Source: a virus
Taxonomy: Duplodnaviria; Heunggongvirae; Uroviricota; Caudoviricetes
Virus record (IMG/VR): IMGVR_UViG_2869947659_000011
Strand: one strand, 5' to 3'
Length of the DNA stretch: 36,094 bases
A program made the position numbers and the translations under genes. Below the pieces are notes generated by a model. That model had not been told where the DNA came from. It saw only the letters and a list, made by a program, of their open reading frames with translations, and did not search any database. Below, one piece after another: positions 17,709 through 26,139 of the stretch (within the stretch, counting starts at the first letter, position 1; every line of letters starts with the position of its first letter).

Positions 17709-18239
17709 TTAATCGCCTGGATAAATGGTAATAACTTCACCGTCATAAGTTGCCGCCGCTGCGAAAATATCCCCCGGAATTTCCTGAATGATATTCAGCC
17801 CTGTCATGTGGCGGCTGACCGGGCGGGCATCAGCAATCAACCGCTCCATTTCCAGATACATTTCCTCCGTCACGCCACTGTCCAGCGTGCCGACTTCAAC
17901 GGTAAATGTTCCCGGTTCTCCGCCGAACTCCCACCACTCAGACACGCGAATGAGGTATCCCAGCGGCTCAATGGCCCAGCGCAGTGCGCTGATGGTCCCT
18001 TTGTGTCGGTGTATCAGCCATGCATCACGAATAACCTGTCGCTTTGTCTCTTCCGGCCAGTTGCGATCCCAGCGGTCAACGGAAAACGCCCAGGCGAGAT
18101 AAGGCAGCAGATGCACCGGGCAGGTGTCCGGCGACCACAGCGTGTTGAGGTCTACCGGAATGTCTGTAATGCGTGTTCCGACGGCTTCGGCACAACGCAT
18201 GAAATTGCTGGCTGATGGTGGTAACAACGAATTACTCAT
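17709..18239 (-). CDS. I: Baseplate assembly protein (P2 gpI-like)
   Basis: Track ORF 17709..18272; start taken at the ATG at 18239 (MSNSLLPP..), giving 176 aa as in P2 I; position between J and H. Confidence 0.78.
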   Translation of the reverse strand: MSNSLLPPSASNFMRCAEAVGTRITDIPVDLNTLWSPDTCPVHLLPYLAWAFSVDRWDRNWPEETKRQVIRDAWLIHRHKGTISALRWAIEPLGYLIRVSEWWEFGGEPGTFTVEVGTLDSGVTEEMYLEMERLIADARPVSRHMTGLNIIQEIPGDIFAAAATYDGEVITIYPGD

Positions 18240-19128
18240 TGCGTCCACCTTCGCTGATGGTGAATGACTCACAGCGCGCCGCCTGTATGTCGCTGATGGC
18301 CATATTCTGTGTGGGTTCGATTATCTCCACGCGTTGCACACCGTGCACATGCAGTGCGGCAGCAATGGCGGACAACGCCACGTCCTGACCGATAAGCCCC
18401 TGCTCAGCCAGCCACTTCCTGAACGACGATTCAGCCGCGGCCAGAATAGGTTCGGATTCCGGGCCGGGGTAAAAGTACAGTTTTGCATTCAGCCGCCATG
18501 TCACGATTCTGGCACTCTGTACGGTCAGGCGGTCGGCCACCGGGCGGGTATCCTCTGCATTCAGAACGGCGCGAACGGTATTAAGCAACGCCTCCGTTGC
18601 TGTGCCGTCGCCCTCAGTGGACAGGATGGAAACCGTCACGTTGGCCGGAGACGGGCTGATGGCCCGCGCATCGCGTACCAGACCGCTGGCGCTGCGTGCA
18701 AAATACTCGTATGCACCTGACGGGCCAGCAACACTCAGACCGTCATATGCCCGTTGCGCCCGTAGTCTCAGCGAGGTGTCACTTTCCATCACTGCATCGG
18801 TGGTATCCGTTGCCGGAGTGATAACCAGGCGCTTTGTGTTCATATTGCCCGCGAGGTTGTCCAGGTCTGTCCCGGCGCTGTGGCTTAGCATGCAGGCGCG
18901 TGCACCCTCATTGACCCGCTGGCGTAACAGCATTTCACGAAACGACATGGTTTGAGCGATAACGTTAAGGGGTTCCGATTCCAGCTCCAGCGCGGCGGAA
19001 ACGGCTTCACGCTGTTCGGCGGGATAGGACGCAATCATCATGGCCTTTGTGTCAGCCAGAATTGCCTCAAAGTCAGGCTCCGCGATGATGGCGGGTTCCG
19101 GTAACTGTGAAAGGTCAACGGCAGGCAT
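18232..19128 (-). CDS. J: Baseplate assembly protein (P2 gpJ-like)
   Basis: 298-aa ORF; size and position in the V-W-J-I-H block. Confidence 0.82.
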   Translation of the reverse strand: MPAVDLSQLPEPAIIAEPDFEAILADTKAMMIASYPAEQREAVSAALELESEPLNVIAQTMSFREMLLRQRVNEGARACMLSHSAGTDLDNLAGNMNTKRLVITPATDTTDAVMESDTSLRLRAQRAYDGLSVAGPSGAYEYFARSASGLVRDARAISPSPANVTVSILSTEGDGTATEALLNTVRAVLNAEDTRPVADRLTVQSARIVTWRLNAKLYFYPGPESEPILAAAESSFRKWLAEQGLIGQDVALSAIAAALHVHGVQRVEIIEPTQNMAISDIQAARCESFTISEGGRNE

Positions 19129-19131
19129 GAT

Positions 19132-19482
19132 TTACTCCCTCAGCGTGATGGTTAATTCAACATTCTGCATGGTCTGCATGACAGTGCCCGACAGCGTCAC
19201 CCCGGCGCGGCCTCCTGCCTTCCAGACAACGTCGATAGCGTCCAGGGCAATGCGGGGTTCCCATCGTGTCAGCGCAATCACGGCAGCACTCATGCATTGC
19301 AGACGCGTGGTGTTATTCATGGGTTCGTCAATCAAATCAGGCACAAGGCTGCCATATTCCCGTCGCATAACCCGGCTTGCCAGCGGGGTGGTCAGGATGT
19401 CCCTGACTGACTGTTTCAGGTGCTCCATATCGTTCAGGTTTCCCGTTCCGTCCGGGTTCATTCCTGTGTAGCGGGTTGTCAC
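19132..19482 (-). CDS. W: Baseplate wedge protein (P2 gpW-like)
   Basis: 116-aa ORF; size and position match P2 W. Confidence 0.82.
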   Translation of the reverse strand: MTTRYTGMNPDGTGNLNDMEHLKQSVRDILTTPLASRVMRREYGSLVPDLIDEPMNNTTRLQCMSAAVIALTRWEPRIALDAIDVVWKAGGRAGVTLSGTVMQTMQNVELTITLRE

Positions 19483-20060
19483 TGCGGGCCTCCTGTCGAA
19501 TCGCTGCCACCTTTAACGCCACCGTGTTTATGCGTATGCACTGTGATGCCGTTTGAGGTGAAATTGCCGCCGCTGTGCGTGATATTGCCGCTCATCTTTC
19601 CCCCTTTTGTGACGTCAAGCGTCGCCGTTCTCAGAAGGTCTGTGCATTCCACGACGGGTGTATCCAGTGTCACGCTGACGGATGCCTGCAGGGTGGCTGT
19701 TTTCATGCCGCTGGCGCTCAGTGCGCCTGCGTCCGCGTCGTAGCGGAACACCGCGCCATCCGGCGCGCTGACCACGATTTCTTTCAGGCTTTTGCCGGGG
19801 GCCGGAATGGCATCACTCCACAGGCTGCCAATTATCATGGCGGTTTCCGGGTTGCCGCCAATGCAGGCAATTACCACCTGTTCGCCTGGTGATGGCGGCA
19901 GCCACACATTGAAGGCTCCCGCGCGAGAGGTGTTCCAGCGCAGCCAACCTGTTTCCAGTTCGCCGCTGCGAACGCGCACGCGCCAGGACTTCTCATCAAC
20001 TTCAGAGATGATCCCGGTGCGGATGATATTGCTCAGTAGCCGCATGAGTTCTGCGCTCAC
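19479..20060 (-). CDS. V: Baseplate spike protein (P2 gpV-like)
   Basis: 193-aa ORF; OB-fold-like N-terminus and Gly-rich C-terminal tip (..HTHKHGGVKGGSDSTGGPQ); position before W. Confidence 0.82.
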   Translation of the reverse strand: MSAELMRLLSNIIRTGIISEVDEKSWRVRVRSGELETGWLRWNTSRAGAFNVWLPPSPGEQVVIACIGGNPETAMIIGSLWSDAIPAPGKSLKEIVVSAPDGAVFRYDADAGALSASGMKTATLQASVSVTLDTPVVECTDLLRTATLDVTKGGKMSGNITHSGGNFTSNGITVHTHKHGGVKGGSDSTGGPQ

Positions 20061-20701
20061 CGTACAGCCTCCGCAATCCGGCCCAGCACCGTGTTATAAA
20101 TCAGGCGCTCATCTGCCTGGCTGATACCCAGCAGCTCACGTACCGGGTAATCGGTGAAAATGCCCGGCGCAACCTGATCGCGCTCACCGAACTGATGAAC
20201 GCGTGCAATACGTGCGGCCACGCCGCTGTAACCCACCGTCACACCGGAAGCATCTGCACGGGCTTTCAGGTAGCGGGCGGTGCGCAGTTTTACGAACATG
20301 GGGACGCGCTTTGTGCTGTCCTGGTTGATGCGCCGGGTGCGTATTTCCAGAAAGCGGTCGATGTCATCCCGGTAAAACGTGCGGATGCTGTTTTTATCCT
20401 CATCCCACCCGGTGATGGTTCGCCCGTATTTCCCCGTGTCGTGATGCCAGTTTTTCAGCGTGCGTGCTTCGTTATTCCAGATAAAGCGAATGCGCTCCTG
20501 TATCCGGGTTACGTGGCGTCTGCGTGGTGTCCATGCGGTCCCGTCCGGCGCTTTCTGTGACCGGATACGTGCCTGCTGGGCGCGGCGTAAATCCTGTGCC
20601 AGCTTTCTGGCGATGTTATTGATGGCCTGCTGATTCAGGCTGTCGCGGATGGCCTCAAAGGTTTCATCCACGCGAGTGAATGCCTTATCCATCGCTTTCA
20701 C
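20057..20701 (-). CDS. S: Tail completion / virion morphogenesis protein (P2 gpS-like)
   Basis: 214-aa ORF between R and V; longer than P2 S (150 aa), assigned mainly by position. Confidence 0.65.
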   Translation of the reverse strand: MKAMDKAFTRVDETFEAIRDSLNQQAINNIARKLAQDLRRAQQARIRSQKAPDGTAWTPRRRHVTRIQERIRFIWNNEARTLKNWHHDTGKYGRTITGWDEDKNSIRTFYRDDIDRFLEIRTRRINQDSTKRVPMFVKLRTARYLKARADASGVTVGYSGVAARIARVHQFGERDQVAPGIFTDYPVRELLGISQADERLIYNTVLGRIAEAVR

Positions 20702-21152
20702 CCCACGTCACATCCTGGAATACATGCGACCAGTCGCCTTCGGAAGATGGCAGGCGGGGTTTTGGCTCCAGCAGGTGTTCTGCCTGCGGTGTGCCCTGAC
20801 TGCTGCGCGTGATGCGAACGCGTTCCCGCAGGGGGAGCGTAAACAGGAGATCGGCGCTGTCATCGTCATTGATAACGGCGGAAAATTTGATGTCCTGATT
20901 ACGCTCAGGGTTGAGCAACAACTGTGGCTGATTTTCGGATAACCACGCCAGCAGCGGCAGCGTGAGGTCGTCCAGCTCCCCGGCGTAATCCATGACAAAC
21001 ATCACCATCTGATAGCGGTAAACAAACGATGGGGTTTCTCCGGTCGTTTCAATGTTGCCGCTCTCCACGAAAATGGTGAATTTTTCCGGGTTAGCCTGAC
21101 ACCATCGGCATGAACGGGTCATGGCTTCACGCAGGGAATCAGTTTTCAGCAT
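20685..21152 (-). CDS. R: Tail completion protein (P2 gpR-like)
   Basis: 155-aa ORF, the same length as P2 R, directly after the lysis cassette. Confidence 0.7.
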   Translation of the reverse strand: MLKTDSLREAMTRSCRWCQANPEKFTIFVESGNIETTGETPSFVYRYQMVMFVMDYAGELDDLTLPLLAWLSENQPQLLLNPERNQDIKFSAVINDDDSADLLFTLPLRERVRITRSSQGTPQAEHLLEPKPRLPSSEGDWSHVFQDVTWGESDG

Positions 21153-21429
21153 GGTTGTTATCCTCGTTGTTCAGTCGTTGCAGCCTGCGCTGTTCCAGTA
21201 ATTCAATGGCCCGTTTATCCGCGTTACAGGTTTCCAGTGCATCCAGAAGGCGGTCGCCCCATATACCGAGATTTCCCCATGTGGGAGTGTCAGGGAAGGG
21301 GGGAGGCGTTACCGGTATGGTCAGCGTCTGCGGTATAAGCCGGACTGACGGCGCTGGCAGTGGCGCGTTCTGCGTGCCTGCGCAGCCTGTCAGTAAAACG
21401 AGCGTCAGGCAAAGCGTGGGCGCATTCAT
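21139..21429 (-). CDS. lysC: o-spanin (LysC/Rz1-like outer-membrane lipoprotein), overlapping the i-spanin gene
   Basis: From the internal ATG at 21429: MNAPTLCLTLVLLTGCAG.. (signal peptide with LTGC lipobox) followed by a Pro-rich region; overlaps the 3' half of lysB in another frame and extends beyond it, as in P2 lysB/lysC. Confidence 0.65.
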   Translation of the reverse strand: MNAPTLCLTLVLLTGCAGTQNAPLPAPSVRLIPQTLTIPVTPPPFPDTPTWGNLGIWGDRLLDALETCNADKRAIELLEQRRLQRLNNEDNNHAEN

Positions 21430-21697
21430 CTTTTGCAATATCGTTGCGTAGCTGTTCACGTCTTACCTCTCCGTCCTGATTGCGTTGCTGATTTTCCACG
21501 CGGAGTTGCGCCAGCACCTGCTGCATATCCTGTACCCCGGCGCTGATGATATTCAGGGTGTCGGCGGTACTTTTCAGGGTGCTGGCCTGCGCTTCGTTTC
21601 TGGCGTTCTCCCGGCCCAGCGACCACGACAGACGCATGGATGTTCCCCATCCGGCAGTCAGAAGGAAAGCGACGCCAAGCGTGGGCCAGAGCTTCAT
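21290..21697 (-). CDS. lysB: i-spanin (LysB/Rz-like)
   Basis: From the ATG at 21697: MKLWPTLGVAFLLTAGWG.. (N-terminal transmembrane helix) then a coiled-coil-like region; start overlaps the endolysin stop. Confidence 0.65.
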   Translation of the reverse strand: MKLWPTLGVAFLLTAGWGTSMRLSWSLGRENARNEAQASTLKSTADTLNIISAGVQDMQQVLAQLRVENQQRNQDGEVRREQLRNDIAKDECAHALPDARFTDRLRRHAERATASAVSPAYTADADHTGNASPLP

Positions 21698-22086
21698 GCC
21701 GGATAGGCTCCGTGTGGTAACTGAAAATGCGGTCCGTCTTTCAGGGTCTTCCAGTCGCCGCCCCATTCCACCGGAATATTCAGTTCCCGGCTGGCCTGTC
21801 TGAATGCTGCTGCGATTTTTTCGTACAGCGGCCATTCCCATGACATCTGGCTGCCGATATAAGCCACAACATCCACGGCATGCCCCGTAAGGTGGCGGCT
21901 GTTCATGGTCTGGCTCTTACCCGTGGCCACCAGTTGCTTCTGGCGGTAACGGCTGCGCAACCCTTCGGTGATACCAAAATCCACTTCCGAGATTTCCAGT
22001 GCCCGTCGGGTCACTTTCACCAGATCAGGATTTACACCCTGCAAATTCTTTTCGCTCCGGCTGCTGAATTTAAATGTGTTGCTCAT
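21694..22086 (-). CDS. Endolysin, peptidase M15 (L-alanyl-D-glutamate peptidase / VanY-like) type
   Basis: 130-aa ORF with SRHLTGHAVDV.. and a later His, the H-x6-D...H zinc site arrangement I associate with M15 peptidases such as the T5 endolysin; sits where P2 has lysozyme K. Confidence 0.7.
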   Translation of the reverse strand: MSNTFKFSSRSEKNLQGVNPDLVKVTRRALEISEVDFGITEGLRSRYRQKQLVATGKSQTMNSRHLTGHAVDVVAYIGSQMSWEWPLYEKIAAAFRQASRELNIPVEWGGDWKTLKDGPHFQLPHGAYPA

Positions 22087-22406
22087 TCGTCCTTCTCCTT
22101 CACCCTGCGATTAAAGGCCGCAATAACCTTGTCGCGTGCTTTCTCTGCACCCATAAAACCGATTGATGCGCCGATAAACGTCACGGCATCTTCAGGAAAC
22201 CCGAAGAAGCGCAACGACCCGGCCACGGCCATGGCAAGAACGCCGCACGCCAGCGATCCCGTTACGGTCTGAACCAGTGTTCGTCCGTCATAAAGGCTCA
22301 TCAGCGCGGAAATGCTGACCGCCGCGCCTACTGCATACACCGTTGGCAGGTGGTCAAAGAGCCACGCAATAACCTGCTCTGTGATCCCTGTTTGAATGGT
22401 GCTCAC
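22083..22406 (-). CDS. Holin (P2 gpY position)
   Basis: Track ORF 22083..22625 is over-extended. Start taken at the GTG at 22406, which has a GGGGGGAG Shine-Dalgarno 5 nt upstream. The product has two or three hydrophobic helices (..AVSISALMSLY.., ..GSLACGVLAMAVAGSL.., ..TFIGASIGFMG..) and a basic C-terminus. Confidence 0.6.
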   Translation of the reverse strand: MSTIQTGITEQVIAWLFDHLPTVYAVGAAVSISALMSLYDGRTLVQTVTGSLACGVLAMAVAGSLRFFGFPEDAVTFIGASIGFMGAEKARDKVIAAFNRRVKEKDE

Positions 22407-22408
22407 TG

Positions 22409-22609
22409 CTACTCCCCCCACAACTGAATCATTTCTCGTTTCTTCTTCTCCGGCTCCGGCATCTCCACTTCCTGCCCGGCGTCCAGAAATACCTGCTGAC
22501 AGAGTCCGGGGTTGGCATCCAGCACCTTTTCGGTGACGCCCTGCGTCGTGCCGTAGTACCGGAAACAGAGCGAATCCACGGTGTCGCCTTCCAGTGCCTT
22601 CACTTTCAT
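22409..22609 (-). CDS. X: Tail protein X (P2 gpX-like, LysM-like)
   Basis: From the ATG at 22609: MKVKALEGDTVDSLCFRYYGTTQGVTEKVLDANPGL.. resembles P2 X (..GDTLDAICVRYYGRTEGVVETVLAANPGL..); 66 aa. Confidence 0.75.
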   Translation of the reverse strand: MKVKALEGDTVDSLCFRYYGTTQGVTEKVLDANPGLCQQVFLDAGQEVEMPEPEKKKREMIQLWGE

Positions 22610-23103
22610 CAGCACAACTCCGCAAAGATTCGCGGGCGGCACAGAATGTCAGAGATGGCCCAGCTCACATCACGCCACAAATCCGATGTCTGTATATCCA
22701 GAGCGTCTGCCCGGCGGTCGCCCTTGTCCGTAGTGTCTGCATCACGATAACGCTCCAGAATCAGGGCGCGCGTGGCGGTATAAACAGCATTGCGCCAGTG
22801 CCAGAGATTGACGCTTTCTCCGTTAATTACGGGTGCCGGAACATCGGCCAGCGTCTGATGGCCAGCTGCCTGCTGTTCCTGCTGCCATGCTTCCAGCTCG
22901 CGGGTAACGTGTGCCACAGCCCCGGTGGCAGTATGCAGCAGGCGGGAGGTGGTCACGCGCCCCGGCAGTCGTACCGCCAGACGCAGCTCGCGCAGCACAA
23001 TATCCGGCCAGAATGCACCCGCTGAAATGCGGGTATCGCCATCATCGGTATCGGTGATGTCGTCCTCTGCGGGTCCGGGTTCAGTTCTGGCAACCATAGT
23101 CAT
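22609..23103 (-). CDS. L: Head completion/stabilisation protein (P2 gpL-like)
   Basis: Start taken at the ATG at 23103 (MTMVARTEP..), about 164 aa; position between M and X. Confidence 0.75.
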   Translation of the reverse strand: MTMVARTEPGPAEDDITDTDDGDTRISAGAFWPDIVLRELRLAVRLPGRVTTSRLLHTATGAVAHVTRELEAWQQEQQAAGHQTLADVPAPVINGESVNLWHWRNAVYTATRALILERYRDADTTDKGDRRADALDIQTSDLWRDVSWAISDILCRPRIFAELC

Positions 23104-23199
23104 GGGGTTCACTCCTGAAAAAAAATCGGGCGGTGGGTGCGCGGTGTAAACGGTCACGGAGTCAAACCGGAACACCGCGCACGCCGCCCGCTGACGGGG

Positions 23200-24027
23200 T
23201 CAGTCGTTAACCGCGCTTCGCCTTCTGCGTCGCGGTGGTTTTTCGTGTTGCAGGCTTCCGCGTTGTCTTTTTACTTTTGCTGCTTTTTGCTGCTTTTTGC
23301 TGCTTTCGTCCTGCGCCTGCTGTGCGCTGGCGTCTTCTGGTTCGGCTGCGGAATCGGCTTTTTTCAGGGCGCGGGAAAGGGTTGCAATCTCGCGTTTCAC
23401 ACCTGCGTTCGGGTTCAGGTGCATTGCTTCGCGCAGCAGCTTCAGTGACAGGGCCATGCTGTCCGCATCACTCAGGCCACGGCGGGCAAAGGCGCACGCT
23501 TTGCATAATTTGGCGCGCACTTCGTCCGGCATGTCCTGGTCGGTGACAATCTCCCGGAGGGTGTCCAGTGGTTCGATAAAGGCGGACAAATCCGCGTCGG
23601 CATCCGTCCCGGCCTGCGTCAGTACCGGATTACAGATTTCTTCGGTCAGTACCGTGGCAGCAGTACGGCCAAAGTTATCCGGCATGATGAGGTTGTGACG
23701 GACTACATACGCGCCGATACGCAGCGCAAGCGGAAGATCGCCACAGTCAATCGCCCACACCATCAGCGTGGCAATCACTTCATCCTGCTGCCCGCCGTCA
23801 GCCTCCAGCGTTCCCTCAATCCAGCCGGAAAAATCCGGCAACAACTCTTTTTTGATGGCGGCTTTCGCGCTTCTGGCCTGTACGCCCTTAAGCCGGGCCT
23901 GTGCCAGACGCAGACGATACAGCACCTCTTCATGCGCGGTACGCGCGGCGTGGTCCACGCCTTCATTCGCCCGGCCTGCGCGCTGTGCCATCACGTTCTG
24001 CCAGTGTTGTTGTGCAGGAGTAATCAT
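23200..24027 (-). CDS. M: Terminase small (endonuclease) subunit (P2 gpM-like)
   Basis: 275-aa ORF after the capsid gene; basic Lys/Arg-rich C-terminal tail encoded partly by a 10-bp tandem repeat (23274..23305). Confidence 0.78.
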   Translation of the reverse strand: MITPAQQHWQNVMAQRAGRANEGVDHAARTAHEEVLYRLRLAQARLKGVQARSAKAAIKKELLPDFSGWIEGTLEADGGQQDEVIATLMVWAIDCGDLPLALRIGAYVVRHNLIMPDNFGRTAATVLTEEICNPVLTQAGTDADADLSAFIEPLDTLREIVTDQDMPDEVRAKLCKACAFARRGLSDADSMALSLKLLREAMHLNPNAGVKREIATLSRALKKADSAAEPEDASAQQAQDESSKKQQKAAKVKRQRGSLQHEKPPRRRRRSAVND

Positions 24028-24072
24028 TTTTGCTCTCCGTTACAGGCGGGCATGATGCCCGCCGTGAGTTGA

Positions 24073-25124
24073 TTAGCTGTCGGCGAACTTCAGGCCAGTA
24101 ACCATCGCGCACTTGCCATAGTCTTCAACGACATAAGCGTCATTGATGGACTGGTAGGTGGCGATGCGGTTGTATTCCGGCTCGTCTTTCATCAGGCGAC
24201 GCATTGAACCTTTCTGCCAGTAAATCGACAGGTTGTTGAACGAGGTGATCAGCATCGTTGCATCCGGGAAGAACGGCGCAAGGAACACGCCCAGCCCGCC
24301 AATGGTGCGCGATGACAGGATGAGCTGCCCGGCGAGTAATTCCGCATTGGGATTCTGGCCGCTGATGCTGTTCAGCACGGGCAGACGCAGCGAGTTAAAC
24401 AGGTTGCGCCCCATAATCACCACGAGGTCGTCAGCTTCCTTGTGCCATTCATCCAGCAGGGATGAACGCGCGTCCTGTACCAGTGCATCAGCGTTCGCAT
24501 ACTTACCCGCGTGCGCCACGGTGTTGTCCATGTTGCGGGAGGTCAGCGTCACGTCATTCATAACGCGTTCGCTGGCGTCGGTTCTGATGTGCTCCAGCCA
24601 GCCCACGTTAACGTCCTGAAGCAGCTTGTTGGTGCTGAAGTTGGACTCATCCGCGTGAGACGTGCCGTTGAAACCGATCATGATGCGGTCAAGCGCCACC
24701 TGTCGGGCAATCTGTGCGCTGATGCGGGACTGAAAATCAGGGTGTGCCGACCAGGCATCAAGCTGCGGATACGAAATAAACGTGTCGTAGTTCACCTGTT
24801 CACACTGATATTTGCGGTTTTTCAGATCAACCACGTTATTCGGGTTACGGCGTTTTGTGCCGTCATAACTGGTATTCGTGCGCGCAATCGGTCCTGTGGT
24901 ATCCAGGAGGATTTTTTCGCCTTTCTGGTCGGTCACGCCGATCACGTTATTTTTTTCGTAAATTCGGTACTTTCCTTTGAGGCGTTTTCAAAACGCTGCT
25001 GCACCGCGGGTTCCACGGTAAATCGCGACACCAGTGCAGATACCGGGATATTATTAAGCGACGCCTGCTGCGCCATATAGCAACCCAGCTTGTTGCGGGT
25101 AATATCTGACATCACCAGATTCAT
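24073..25124 (-). pseudogene. N: Major capsid protein (P2 gpN-like), frameshifted near 24942..24960
   Basis: Track ORFs 24942..25124 (60 aa, ..SALVSRFTVEPAVQQ..) and 24073..24945 (290 aa, ..MIGFNGTS.., ..VGWLEH..) resemble the N- and C-terminal parts of P2 N. The frame change falls at or beside a T7/A7 homopolymer (24950..24956). Confidence 0.8.
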
Positions 25125-25147
25125 AAAAAATTTGCTCCTTTGTCTAA

Positions 25148-25978
25148 TCAGAAGTCGGCCAGCTGGTCGGAGGCTGCGCCCGTTGCGGTGAAGCGGTTCT
25201 GCGGATCGCCGTCCTGCGTGCGCAGTTTTTCCTTCAGTGCTGCCAGCTCTGTGGTCAGTGACGTAATTTTCTGGCGGTCCTGCTGATGGCGGGTTTCCAG
25301 CACATTAAAACGGTCGATAATGTCGGCCTGTGACGTTGCGACGCCTTCCACCGCTTCCTGAATACGGGAAAAACTGGCGTCATCCGCTTTGCGGCCACGG
25401 CCAATAATCCCCATTACGCGGTTAAACCACTGGGTGCCTTCTTCCTGGTGTTGTTCTGCCATTTCGATGATTTCAGACTCGATGGCTTCGGAGATAAGCG
25501 GCGCTTCACCCTGGATACTGTTAAACGTCATCACCGCCTGACGTTGCTGTGCCGTGAATTTCAGGCGCTCAGTGCCCAGGCTTGCCGGGGTGTCGGTCAT
25601 CGCCAGCCCGACCAGATAGGCGCGCCCGTTAACGGAGAACTGCGGGTGCAGTTCGATACTGGAATAGATTTTCTTGCCGTCCGCAACAAGCTGCTTCATG
25701 CGCTCGGTCGGTTCGATTTCTGCATACAGCGCAGTACGTCCGGCCAGCGGACCTTCCGTAATGTCTTCCGTACTCAGTGCGGTGACATCGCCCATTGCGG
25801 AAAATTCGCTTGACGGGCATGGCGAGAGATAGTGCTCAACGTTCACGCGGGCAGCGTAAACATCCGGGTTGAAGTTCTCGGCGGCTTCACGCAGATGCAC
25901 CGGACTGATTTCACGGCCATCAACAGTTGATCCGGAGACAGCCACGCGAAACTTTTTGCGGGATGTCTTTTTTTTCAT
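25148..25978 (-). CDS. O: Capsid scaffolding protein (P2 gpO-like)
   Basis: 276-aa ORF divergent from the terminase gene; size matches P2 O (284 aa). Confidence 0.82.
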   Translation of the reverse strand: MKKKTSRKKFRVAVSGSTVDGREISPVHLREAAENFNPDVYAARVNVEHYLSPCPSSEFSAMGDVTALSTEDITEGPLAGRTALYAEIEPTERMKQLVADGKKIYSSIELHPQFSVNGRAYLVGLAMTDTPASLGTERLKFTAQQRQAVMTFNSIQGEAPLISEAIESEIIEMAEQHQEEGTQWFNRVMGIIGRGRKADDASFSRIQEAVEGVATSQADIIDRFNVLETRHQQDRQKITSLTTELAALKEKLRTQDGDPQNRFTATGAASDQLADF

Positions 25979-26139
25979 TAGCCATAGTTTTTGCCCCTCT
26001 GACTGGTTCTTCAGTTATGATGGCAAAGCGTAACAGGCTGATACAAAGGGCTTTTGTTGTAAGAAAACGGCCAGAACAGAGGGTTAAGGAGAACAGTTTC
26101 GCGCGCGGGTAATCTTCCTGTAATTACTCAGGGGGAGCA

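Noticed and set aside
23274-23305. Three tandem 10-bp repeats (GCTGCTTTTT-type)
   Set aside because: Lies inside the terminase small subunit gene and simply encodes its Lys/Gln/Ala-rich tail; far too short and without spacers to be a CRISPR array.
25979-26139. Ogr-dependent late promoters (TGT-N12-ACA) in the O/P divergent intergenic region
   Set aside because: I looked for the dyad and found only imperfect spacings (15-18 nt); not confident enough to annotate coordinates.
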